15,747 bases of DNA, from the NCBI GenBank assembly GCA_964608925.1, contig CAZSQD010000027.1:1-15747 (forward strand), given 5' to 3'. The notes beneath the pieces were generated by a model that was not told the origin of the DNA, did not search any database, and worked only from the letters and a program-made list of their open reading frames with translations. A program made the position numbers and the translations under genes. Numbering within the stretch: position 1 is the first letter of the stretch; each line of letters begins with the position of its first letter. Shown one piece after another: positions 6,961 to 14,559 of the stretch. This stretch comes from an uncultured Kordia sp. Its GTDB lineage: Bacteria; Bacteroidota; Bacteroidia; Flavobacteriales; Flavobacteriaceae.

Positions 6961-7809
6961 ATGAAATACTACATTGTCATACCCGCACATAACGAAGCTT
7001 CTTTTATTAAAAAGACCTTACAAAGTATTGTTTCACAAACACAATTACCTCAAAAAGTGGTGGTAGTTGATGATAACTCAACTGATGCCACATCACAAAT
7101 AATACAAGGTTTTGTAAATAAGTACTCCTTTATAAGCTTAGTACAAACAACATCATCTACACAGCATTTACCAGGTAGTAAAGTAATACAAGCCTTTTAT
7201 AAAGGGTATGAAACTTTAAATGATGATTATGATGTAATACTAAAATTAGATGCTGATATTATTTTACCCAATCACTATTTAAAAACCCTAACCCAACATT
7301 TTAATTCCGATGAAAAAATAGGAATGGTAGGTGGTTTTGCTTACATAGAAAAAAATGGAAAATGGGTTTTAGAAAACCTCACTAATAAAGATCATATTCG
7401 AGGTGCTTTTAAAGCGTACCGGAAACAATGTTTTTATGATATTGGAAAACTAAAAATTGCAATGGGTTGGGACACGGTAGACGAGTTGTTGGCACAATAC
7501 CACAATTGGAAAATTAAAACAGACGAGACGTTACAATTAAAACACCTAAAGCCTACAGGTAAAACCTATAATAAAGCGGCACGTTACAAGCAAGGAGAAG
7601 CCTTTTATAAACTCCGCTATGGTTTTGTGCTAACCACTATTGCCAGCTTAAAATTGGCAATATTAAAAAAGAAACCCTTGTTGTTTTTTGATTATATAAA
7701 AGGATATTTTAAAGCGAAAAAAAATAAAACACCCTATTTGGTTACTATTAAAGAAGGCACTTTTATTAGAGACTTACGTTGGAAAGGTATTGGGGAAAAG
7801 TTGTTTTAA
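6961..7809 (+). CDS. Glycosyltransferase family 2 protein
   Basis: The track ORF starts at TTG 6949. The ATG at 6961 gives MKYYIVIPAHNEASFIKKTL. The nucleotide-sugar binding region is VVVVDDNSTDAT and the DxD-type motif is KLDADI, matching a GT-A fold. Confidence 0.85.
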   Translation: MKYYIVIPAHNEASFIKKTLQSIVSQTQLPQKVVVVDDNSTDATSQIIQGFVNKYSFISLVQTTSSTQHLPGSKVIQAFYKGYETLNDDYDVILKLDADIILPNHYLKTLTQHFNSDEKIGMVGGFAYIEKNGKWVLENLTNKDHIRGAFKAYRKQCFYDIGKLKIAMGWDTVDELLAQYHNWKIKTDETLQLKHLKPTGKTYNKAARYKQGEAFYKLRYGFVLTTIASLKLAILKKKPLLFFDYIKGYFKAKKNKTPYLVTIKEGTFIRDLRWKGIGEKLF

Positions 7810-7816
7810 TGTAATA

Positions 7817-8587
7817 TTACTTTCTAACAACAGGTATTACTTCTCCTTTTGCCAAACAATATTTTATAATATCACTATTAGGTAATGTAGCAGTGTAATC
7901 AACTTCTTCAACGGTAAAACCAATGCTTCTTAATTTATCAAAATAATCACGGCCATAAATGCGTACATGGTCATATTGCCCGAAAATTTGAGCACGCTCT
8001 TTGCGGTTGGTAATGCTATCATCTTCAAAAGTAGTTGCTCGGTTGAGGTCTTGTGGTATTTGTAAAATTGCCCAACCACCTTTTTTAAGCACTCTAAAAA
8101 TTTCTTGCATTGCCTTTGTATCATCAGGAATGTGTTCTAAAACATGGTTGCATAAAATAACATCATAACTATCATCTTTAAAAGGAAGGTTGCAAATATC
8201 AGCTTTTACATCTGCAAGGGGAGATAATAAATCGGTAGTAGTATAGTCTAAGTTTTGTAAGGCTTTAAAACGTTTTAAAAAACATTGTTCAGGAGCAAAA
8301 TGTAATACTTTTTTGGGTGCGGTGAAAAAATCGGTTTCGTTTTGTAAGTATAACCATAACAGTCGGTGACGCTCTAAAGATAGGGTAGAAGGGGATAGTA
8401 CATTTGGACGTTGGGTTTCATAACCATAGGGTAAAAATTTACGGAAACTTTTGCCATCAATAGGGTCGGTATAGGTGTTGCCTTTTAAATAGAACGCAAT
8501 AAATGGGCGTGCTAGGTAGCTCAACTTTATTAAAAGTGGGCGAGGTACTATGTTTAATATTTTTTTAAAAATGGACACTAATTTCAC
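7817..8587 (-). CDS. Class I SAM-dependent methyltransferase (Methyltransf_11-like)
   Basis: 256-aa ORF with a GTG start. A stop lies 8 codons upstream in frame and there is no nearby ATG. The motifs DVILCNHVLEHIPDD and FRVLKKGGWAILQIP are present, along with an FRKFLPYG...SLERHRLLWLYL N-terminal module. Confidence 0.8.
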   Translation of the reverse strand: MKLVSIFKKILNIVPRPLLIKLSYLARPFIAFYLKGNTYTDPIDGKSFRKFLPYGYETQRPNVLSPSTLSLERHRLLWLYLQNETDFFTAPKKVLHFAPEQCFLKRFKALQNLDYTTTDLLSPLADVKADICNLPFKDDSYDVILCNHVLEHIPDDTKAMQEIFRVLKKGGWAILQIPQDLNRATTFEDDSITNRKERAQIFGQYDHVRIYGRDYFDKLRSIGFTVEEVDYTATLPNSDIIKYCLAKGEVIPVVRK

Positions 8588-8590
8588 TAA

Positions 8591-8602
8591 TTTACACGAA
8601 TT
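8591..8602. repeat. Left inverted-repeat arm TTTACACGAATT (partner: 9120..9130)
   Basis: The reverse complement of 9120..9130 is TTTCACGAATT. It matches 8591..8602 at 11 of 12 positions with one 1-nt indel, and the core CACGAATT is perfect. A second, degenerate copy ACGCGAATT lies at 8618..8626. Confidence 0.6.
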
Positions 8603-8630
8603 AATACTTTATTGTTGACGCGAATTTAAA

Positions 8631-9008
8631 TTATAAAATAACACGTTTTGAGGTTAAACTATTTTCTCCAAAATTAACAAGTAAACCTAATCTTAATTTT
8701 GAAGCAGCTAAATAGTTTAAAGTTTGTTTAATGTGTTTGCTGTTTAAAGCTTCAATGGCTTTAATTTCTAAAATTATGGTATTGTTTATTACAAAATCAG
8801 CAATATAATAATGAGGTAAAATTACATTTTGGTAAGCAATACTAAATTTTTCTTCTCTGGTATATTTGATATTTTGTTTTTTAAACTCAATTTCTAAAGC
8901 ATCACCATAAATAATTTCGCTAAAACCATTTCCTAATTCACGATGCACATTCATACAAGCACCAATAACCTGATAAGATTCTTCTTTGTATAGTAAATTG
9001 GTGTTCAT
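8631..9008 (-). CDS. GxxExxY protein (PD-(D/E)XK nuclease-like superfamily, function unknown)
   Basis: 125-aa ORF. The family motif is G-F-S-E-I-I-Y within HRELGNGFSEIIYGDALEIEF. ADFVINNTIILEIKA matches the D...E.K core of the fold. Confidence 0.85.
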   Translation of the reverse strand: MNTNLLYKEESYQVIGACMNVHRELGNGFSEIIYGDALEIEFKKQNIKYTREEKFSIAYQNVILPHYYIADFVINNTIILEIKAIEALNSKHIKQTLNYLAASKLRLGLLVNFGENSLTSKRVIL

Positions 9009-9110
9009 AAGGTAGTTTATTTAAATAATGAGCGGTTAACTCATAATTTGTAGATGTAAAATTCCTGAAATTTGTTTTTAGTTTTTCATACAATGAGTAA
9101 TCAGCTCACT

Positions 9111-9130
9111 ATTCGTGAAAATTCGTGAAA
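9111..9130. repeat. 10-bp tandem direct repeat ATTCGTGAAA x2, right inverted-repeat arm of the GxxExxY cassette
   Basis: Read directly from the sequence. It abuts the map stop codon (9131..9133). Confidence 0.85.
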
Positions 9131-9937
9131 TTAGTGTCTTCTAAATTCGTCTTCCTCATTACTCGTAATGCCCAACGCTTCATAAATATAATCAAACGTA
9201 CTTAATAGTTGAGGTTTACCATCTACAATAGCTACATCATGTTCAAAATGTGCAGAAGGTTGTCTGTCTTCTGTTAAAATAGTCCATCCATCACGTAGTT
9301 GCTGTATTTTATGAGTCCCTAAATTAATCATCGGTTCAATAGCAACCACCAACCCTTCTTTAAATTTTTTACCTCTACCACGTTTTCCGTAGTTGGGCAT
9401 TTGTGGGTCTTCATGCATTGTTTTACCTAAACCATGACCTACTAATTCACGTACTACACCATAACCATGATTTTCACAGTATTTTTGTATAGCATAACCA
9501 ACATCACCTACGCGATTACCTGCTTTAAATTCGCGGATACCTACGTATAAACTTTCTTTGGTTACGTCTAGTAATTTTTTGGTTTCAGGGTCAATTTCCC
9601 CTACCTCAAAAGTATAGGCGTGATCACCATAATACCCATTTAATATGGAGCCACAATCTACCGATAAAATATCGCCATTTTCCAATGGTGTATCATTAGG
9701 TATGCCGTGTACTACTTGTGCGTTTGGAGAAATACATAAGGTGTTAGGGAAATCATATAATCCTAAAAAACCAGGTATAGCACCCAGGTCTCTAATATGT
9801 TCTTCCGCAATTTTATCTAAATGTAAAGTAGTAACTCCTGGTTTTATTTCGGCAGCAATTACACCTAATGTTTTAGATACTACTAATGCACTTAAACGCA
9901 TTAATTCTATTTCTTCGGGTGATTTTAGTTTGATCAT
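9131..9937 (-). CDS. map: Type I methionyl aminopeptidase
   Basis: 268-aa ORF with the full set of MetAP-I motifs: VVHGIP, SVDCG, GDHAYTF, GHGLG, AIEPM and HFEHDV. Confidence 0.95.
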   Translation of the reverse strand: MIKLKSPEEIELMRLSALVVSKTLGVIAAEIKPGVTTLHLDKIAEEHIRDLGAIPGFLGLYDFPNTLCISPNAQVVHGIPNDTPLENGDILSVDCGSILNGYYGDHAYTFEVGEIDPETKKLLDVTKESLYVGIREFKAGNRVGDVGYAIQKYCENHGYGVVRELVGHGLGKTMHEDPQMPNYGKRGRGKKFKEGLVVAIEPMINLGTHKIQQLRDGWTILTEDRQPSAHFEHDVAIVDGKPQLLSTFDYIYEALGITSNEEDEFRRH

Positions 9938-9959
9938 TTTAAAAAAAAAAATTAGAACG

Positions 9960-9967
9960 CAAAGTTA
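9960..9967 (-). promoter_or_regulatory. Bacteroidetes -7 promoter box (TAACTTTG on the minus strand)
   Basis: Plus-strand CAAAGTTA is the reverse complement of an exact TAnnTTTG match, 22 nt upstream of the map ATG. A T11 homopolymer (9941..9951) lies between the box and the start. Confidence 0.45.
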
Positions 9968-10056
9968 CTAATTTTAATATTGATAAACCTACTTGTATTT
10001 TTTTAAAAAAGTGTTAAAAACTGATATATGTTAGGTTTTTAGTAGTCGTAAAGCTG

Positions 10057-10064
10057 TAATTTTG
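10057..10064 (+). promoter_or_regulatory. Bacteroidetes -7 promoter box (TAATTTTG)
   Basis: Exact TAnnTTTG match 9 nt upstream of the ATG at 10074. It overlaps the TTG that the ORF track used as a start, which argues against that start. Confidence 0.45.
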
Positions 10065-10073
10065 TGGTGTAAA

Positions 10074-11351
10074 ATGACAACTATGTATCAATCAGTAAGT
10101 GCAGCAGAAGCGGTAAAAGTAATAAAAAGTAACGATAGAGTTTATGTGCAAGCAGCGGCAGCAACGCCACAAATTTTAATTAATGCCATGTCTGATAGGC
10201 ATGCTGAATTAAAAAATGTTGAGGTCTGTCATTTACATACAGAAGGTGAAGCGCCATATGCTAATCCAAAATATAGCAATAGCTTTCATGTAAACTCATT
10301 TTTTATTGGTAAAAATGTACGTCATACTATTAAAGCAGGAAACGGTTCTTATACACCTGTTTTTTTAAGTGAATTACCTATTTTATTTAAGCGAAACACG
10401 ATTGCTTTAGATGTAGCGTTAATACAAGTTTCTCCACCTGATAGACATGGGTATTGCTCATTAGGTGTTTCTATAGAGGCAACCTTGGCTGCTATTGATA
10501 ATGCAAAAACAGTTATTGCTCAAATTAATAGTTATATGCCAAGAACGCATGGAGATGGAATTATTCATATATCTGAATTAGATATTTTTGTAGAGCATAA
10601 TACGCCTATATTTACCCATATTTTTCCAGAACCTAATGCTATAGAGATTAAAATAGGCGATTATATTGCTGAAATGATTGAAGATGGATCTACGTTACAA
10701 ATGGGAATAGGAAACATACCTAATGCAGTATTATCTCGTTTAGGGAATCATAAAAATTTAGGATTGCATACTGAAATGTTTTCTGACGGAGTGATTGATT
10801 TAATTTTAAAAGATGTTATTAATGGAAATAATAAAGGCGTAAATCCAGGACGAGCAATGGCAACTTTTTTAATGGGCAGTCAGCGGTTATATGATTATGT
10901 AGATGATAATCCATTTATAGAAATGAAAGCTTCTGATTTTGTAAACGATGTATCCATAATTAAACAAAATCCCAAAATGGTAGCTATTAACTCCGCAATA
11001 GAAATTGATGTAACAGGGCAGGTTTGTGCTGATTCTATAGGGACACATATGTACTCTGGTGTGGGAGGGCAAATGGATTATATGCGAGGTGCATCATTAA
11101 GTGAGGGAGGGAAAGCAATTATTGCATTGCCCTCACAAACAAACAAAGGGGTAAGTAGAATTGTGCCCTTTTTAAATAAAGGAGCAGGGGTAGTTACTAC
11201 TCGAGCACATATGCATTACGTAGTAACGGAATATGGTGTTGCTAATTTATATGGAAAAACAATTAAGCAACGTGTTAGTGAGCTAGTTAAAATAGCACAT
11301 CCTAACCATAGAGAGGCTATTGCTAAAACTTTTTTTGATAATATAGGGTAG
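10074..11351 (+). CDS. Acetyl-CoA hydrolase/transferase family protein (4-hydroxybutyrate / succinyl-CoA:acetate CoA-transferase-like)
   Basis: ATG at 10074 (MTTMYQS...). Family motifs are LHTEMFSDG (catalytic Glu context), SGVGGQMDYMRGA and VVTEYGVANLYGK. Confidence 0.88.
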   Translation: MTTMYQSVSAAEAVKVIKSNDRVYVQAAAATPQILINAMSDRHAELKNVEVCHLHTEGEAPYANPKYSNSFHVNSFFIGKNVRHTIKAGNGSYTPVFLSELPILFKRNTIALDVALIQVSPPDRHGYCSLGVSIEATLAAIDNAKTVIAQINSYMPRTHGDGIIHISELDIFVEHNTPIFTHIFPEPNAIEIKIGDYIAEMIEDGSTLQMGIGNIPNAVLSRLGNHKNLGLHTEMFSDGVIDLILKDVINGNNKGVNPGRAMATFLMGSQRLYDYVDDNPFIEMKASDFVNDVSIIKQNPKMVAINSAIEIDVTGQVCADSIGTHMYSGVGGQMDYMRGASLSEGGKAIIALPSQTNKGVSRIVPFLNKGAGVVTTRAHMHYVVTEYGVANLYGKTIKQRVSELVKIAHPNHREAIAKTFFDNIG

Positions 11352-11381
11352 TTTTATTGGAAGAAGAGCTTCAAAAAAAAA

Positions 11382-11795
11382 TTACTTGTTTAAAAAAAAT
11401 AAGGAAGCAAAAAAACCTTTTTTAGTTCCTTTTAAGTTAGGAGCTTCTTCATTTGTTAATTGTTGGTAAATGTTTCCCCAGCCAATAAATCCGCCTATAT
11501 TTCTATCGTCAATAAAAATATCAGCACCTATTTTTCTACTGTCTTTTGAGTTGTATGTTTCGTTAGGAAAACTATTGTTTACAGCATAAAATTTAATACC
11601 TTTTTCTTTACAAAAAGCGACTGCTTCATCTAATTTAGTGCCACACCTATAGGTCCAAAGTATTAAACGATGTCCGTCATTTTGTAACCGTTTTAAGGTT
11701 TCAAAAGCAAATAATTGTGGTTTACCAATTTCAGGATAGGCATCTTCTACAATAGTGCCATCAAAATCAACTGCTATAATTTTTGTATCTAACAT
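11382..11795 (-). CDS. Small cap-less HAD-superfamily phosphatase-like protein
   Basis: HAD motif I is IIAVDFDGTIV (DxDxT). A LILWTYR motif II-like Thr/Ser is present, and FIDDRN is an acidic motif IV. I prefer the ATG at 11795 (MLDTKIIAVDFDGT) over 11810, because a TAnnTTTG box overlaps the upstream ATG. Confidence 0.75.
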   Translation of the reverse strand: MLDTKIIAVDFDGTIVEDAYPEIGKPQLFAFETLKRLQNDGHRLILWTYRCGTKLDEAVAFCKEKGIKFYAVNNSFPNETYNSKDSRKIGADIFIDDRNIGGFIGWGNIYQQLTNEEAPNLKGTKKGFFASLFFLNK

Positions 11796-11799
11796 GTTA

Positions 11800-11807
11800 C
11801 AAACATA
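11800..11807 (-). promoter_or_regulatory. Bacteroidetes -7 promoter box (TATGTTTG on the minus strand)
   Basis: Plus-strand CAAACATA is the reverse complement of an exact TAnnTTTG match. Only 4 nt separate it from the ATG at 11795, which implies a near-leaderless mRNA. Confidence 0.4.
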
Positions 11808-11831
11808 CATTTTTTAAGTGAAATGTGCATG

Positions 11832-11868
11832 AAAAAATATTCCCGATTCTGAAAGTCAAAATCGAGAA
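11832..11868 (-). terminator. Rho-independent terminator after gpmI
   Basis: On the minus strand, TTCTCGATT pairs with AATCGGGAA (9 bp including one G-U) around an 11-nt loop, followed by TATTTTTT. Confidence 0.75.
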
Positions 11869-11939
11869 TTAAAAATTGTACGTAATCCAATGATTTGTTT
11901 AGTACCTCGGGAAACTAATTTAATACAAACAAATCTAAG

Positions 11940-13460
11940 TTACTTTGTGAGTAATGAGTGTTGTGTCATTGTTTTAGGTTTTGGGACACCTAATAAATCT
12001 AAAATGGTAGGAGCAATGTCGCCTAAAATACCATCTTTAACATCTTTAATATCCTTGTCTACAATAATTAGTGGTACTGGGTTTGTGGTATGTGCTGTAT
12101 TTGGACTGCCATCTTCATTTACCATTTTCTCACAATTACCATGATCGGCAATTACAATAGTGGTGTATCCATTTGCAAGCGCAGCATTAATTACTTTTTT
12201 TGTGCTAATATCAGTTGCTTCGCATGATTCTATAGCGGCTTCCATGCTACCTGTATGCCCTACCATGTCTGGGTTTGCAAAATTTAAGCAAATAAAATCG
12301 GCTTTTTGTTTATTAATTTCAGGTACAATTGCGGCTGTGATTTCTCCAGAACTCATTTCTGGTTTCAAATCATAGGTAGCTACTTTTGGTGAAGGGCATA
12401 AAATGCGTTCTTCGTTTTCAAAAGGAGTTTCTCTACCGCCGTTAAAAAAGAAAGTTACATGCGGGTATTTTTCAGTTTCGGCAATACGTATTTGGTGTTT
12501 TCCATGAGCAGATAACACTTCGCCTAAAGTATCTTTTAAGTTGTCTTTATTAAAAATGACATTGATTCCAATAAAGGAATCGTCATAATTAGTCATGGTA
12601 GTAAAATTCAAGTTTAATTTATGCATGTTTTGCTCATGAAAGTCTTCTTGACTTAAGGCTCTTGTGAGTTCTCTACCTCTATCCGTACGGAAATTAAAAA
12701 AGAGAACCACATCACCTTCTTTAATTTGAGCAATAGGTTGGTTGTTTTGAGTAACTACAATAGGTTCAATAAATTCATCAGTAATGCCATTGGTGTAACT
12801 TTTACGTATTGTATCTAAAATATTATTTGTTTTTTCACCTTCTGCATTTACTAATAGATGGTATGCTTTAGCAACACGTTCCCAACGGTTATCTCTATCC
12901 ATAGCAAAATAACGTCCAATTACGGTTGCTAGTTTTGTTGGAGTGTCTTTTAAAAAATTTTGTAAATCAGTTAATAGGTTAATTCCTGATTTTGGATCTA
13001 CATCTCTACCATCGGTAAAAGCATGAATATAAGTGTCTTTTAATCCGAAGTTATTAGCAGCAGTAACCAAACCTTTTAAATGATTAATGTGCGAATGTAC
13101 CCCGCCATTAGATGTTAAGCCTAAAAAATGAACGTCTTTATTATTGTCCTTTGCGTATTGAAACGCTTTCACTAATTGCGGTTCATCTTTTAAGGTATTT
13201 TTTTTTACGGCTATATTAATACGAGCAAAATCTTGATATACAATTCTACCGGCACCTAAATTCATGTGCCCTACTTCACTATTTCCCATTTGCCCTTCTG
13301 GTAAACCTACATTCATACCATGAGTTAACAAAGTTGCATTGGGGTAATTTTTATACAGACTGTCTATAAAAGGAGTTTTAGCGTGATAAATTGCTGATGC
13401 TTCTTTATTTTCAGGGATTCCCCAACCGTCTAATATTAAAAGAATTGTTTTTTTATTCAT
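11940..13460 (-). CDS. gpmI: 2,3-bisphosphoglycerate-independent phosphoglycerate mutase
   Basis: 506-aa ORF. Motifs are LLILDGWG, QMGNSEVGHMNLGAGR (catalytic Ser), GGVHSH, NFANPDMVGHTG and ADHGN. Confidence 0.95.
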   Translation of the reverse strand: MNKKTILLILDGWGIPENKEASAIYHAKTPFIDSLYKNYPNATLLTHGMNVGLPEGQMGNSEVGHMNLGAGRIVYQDFARINIAVKKNTLKDEPQLVKAFQYAKDNNKDVHFLGLTSNGGVHSHINHLKGLVTAANNFGLKDTYIHAFTDGRDVDPKSGINLLTDLQNFLKDTPTKLATVIGRYFAMDRDNRWERVAKAYHLLVNAEGEKTNNILDTIRKSYTNGITDEFIEPIVVTQNNQPIAQIKEGDVVLFFNFRTDRGRELTRALSQEDFHEQNMHKLNLNFTTMTNYDDSFIGINVIFNKDNLKDTLGEVLSAHGKHQIRIAETEKYPHVTFFFNGGRETPFENEERILCPSPKVATYDLKPEMSSGEITAAIVPEINKQKADFICLNFANPDMVGHTGSMEAAIESCEATDISTKKVINAALANGYTTIVIADHGNCEKMVNEDGSPNTAHTTNPVPLIIVDKDIKDVKDGILGDIAPTILDLLGVPKPKTMTQHSLLTK

Positions 13461-13640
13461 ATTGTGTTTTTTTAAAGTTGGTTTCCAAGATTTTGTAAAG
13501 GTACAAATAAATGCTTTTGTTTGTTGTTTTTGTGTATTCTCCTTTGTTTTTGTGAATATCGCAATATATTGATAAAACGTCTTGTTTACCGATAAAGTGC
13601 ACGCTATTTTCGATGAAATACTAATTTTTTCTCAAAATAA

Positions 13641-13671
13641 TTTGGTTATTGTTATTAAAATGATATATTTG
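13641..13671 (+). promoter_or_regulatory. Complete Bacteroidetes sigma-A type promoter (-33 TTTG, 19-nt spacer, -7 TATATTTG)
   Basis: TTTG at 13641..13644 and TATATTTG at 13664..13671, separated by the consensus 19 nt. It lies 34 nt upstream of the ATG at 13706. Confidence 0.6.
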
Positions 13672-13705
13672 TCCTGTTGAAAATTAAAAACTCATAACCC
13701 TAAAT

Positions 13706-14431
13706 ATGAATTACTTACAAAAAATAGCACTTTATGCATTATGTATTACATTATTTTCGGTTAACCAAACAATAGCAGCATCAATAAAAATAATTACCCC
13801 AAATTCTTTAGTTGAAAGTTTAGATGAGGATGCTGCTATTATAAGTTTATATGAATCCTTTGCAGTAAAAAACACTTCAATACCCCAATTGACAAGTTTT
13901 ACTTTTGCCGTTAAAGGATATTATAAATTACTATCAGAAGGAAAAATAAAAAACAAAACCTTAACTATTATCGATTTTAGCTTATCATCTACTCAAAAAA
14001 GAATGTGGGTTTTGGATATGACTACACAAACGGTGTTGTTTAATACCGTTGTTGCTCATGGTAGGAATACTGGAGGTGAATTTGCAACACAATTTTCAAA
14101 TACCAGTAACTCATTTAAAAGCTCATTAGGTTTTTACATACCAAATGAAACGTATTATGGTAAAAACGGATTGTCATTATTTTTAGACGGTCAAGAGCGT
14201 GGTATTAATAGTAATGCAAGAAATAGATATGTGGTGATGCATGGTGCAAAGTATGCGAACCCTAGTTTTATTAAAAAGCATGGTCGTTTAGGAAGATCTT
14301 TAGGTTGTCCGTCTCTTCCAACGGAAATTAGTGCTCAAGTAATTAATACAATAAAAGGAAAGTCATGTTTGTTTATTTATCATCCAAATAAAAACTACCA
14401 ATTAAAATCAAAATTAATCGCGGGGCGATAG
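13706..14431 (+). CDS. Murein L,D-transpeptidase catalytic-domain family protein (YkuD_2 type), exported
   Basis: The signal peptide is MNYLQKIALYALCITLFSVNQTIAA. Family motifs are VAHGRNTGGEFATQFSN, SSLGFY, VVMHGAKY and GRSLGCPSLP (catalytic Cys). Confidence 0.85.
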   Translation: MNYLQKIALYALCITLFSVNQTIAASIKIITPNSLVESLDEDAAIISLYESFAVKNTSIPQLTSFTFAVKGYYKLLSEGKIKNKTLTIIDFSLSSTQKRMWVLDMTTQTVLFNTVVAHGRNTGGEFATQFSNTSNSFKSSLGFYIPNETYYGKNGLSLFLDGQERGINSNARNRYVVMHGAKYANPSFIKKHGRLGRSLGCPSLPTEISAQVINTIKGKSCLFIYHPNKNYQLKSKLIAGR

Positions 14432-14435
14432 CCCA

Positions 14436-14453
14436 TCCCGATAATTATCGGGA
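14436..14453. repeat. Perfect 18-bp GC-rich palindrome TCCCGATAATTATCGGGA
   Basis: Read directly from the sequence. It begins 5 nt after the YkuD_2 stop codon and is embedded in an unusually GC-rich patch (CGCGGGGCGATAGCCCATCCCG). No T-tract follows. Confidence 0.85.
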
Positions 14454-14519
14454 GATTAATTGAAAATATATAGCGCATTCATTGCGTTGAAGATTACACC
14501 CCAAATAATTTACAATCCC

Positions 14520-14552
14520 AAAAAAACCTGCATTATTTATGTGGGTTTTTTT
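14520..14552. terminator. Bidirectional rho-independent terminator between the convergent L,D-transpeptidase genes
   Basis: AAAAAAACCTGCAT tattt ATGTGGGTTTTTTT. The stem has A/T arms on both sides and two G-T wobbles, so it gives a U-tract on either strand. It ends 8 nt before the minus-strand stop at 14560. Confidence 0.7.
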
Positions 14553-14559
14553 ATGGACT

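Noticed and set aside
2548-9130. Short tandem repeats (2548..2576, 4028..4050, 9111..9130) as a possible CRISPR array or minisatellite
   Set aside because: Each has only two copies of 10-14 bp, with 0-1 nt between them. There are no spacers of 25-40 nt, no repeat of CRISPR length and no cas genes.
11352-11381. Hairpin GAAG-aagag-CTTC flanked by T and A runs between the convergent CoA-transferase and HAD genes
   Set aside because: The GC-containing stem is only 4 bp and the rest is A/T pairing. This is too weak to call a terminator with any confidence.
7930-12375. Shadow ORFs 7930..8124(-), 9645..9971(+), 10887..11072(-), 11890..12144(+) and 12160..12375(+)
   Set aside because: Each is nested in or antisense to a confidently identified gene (methyltransferase, map, CoA-transferase, gpmI) and shows no family signature.
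13514-13552. T/G-rich tract (TTTTGTTTGTTGTTTTTGTGTATTCTCCTTTGTTTTTGTG) upstream of gpmI
   Set aside because: It reads as an A/C-rich leader on the gpmI strand, which is common in SD-less Bacteroidota 5' regions. I could not define a repeat unit, a structure or an exact -7 box.
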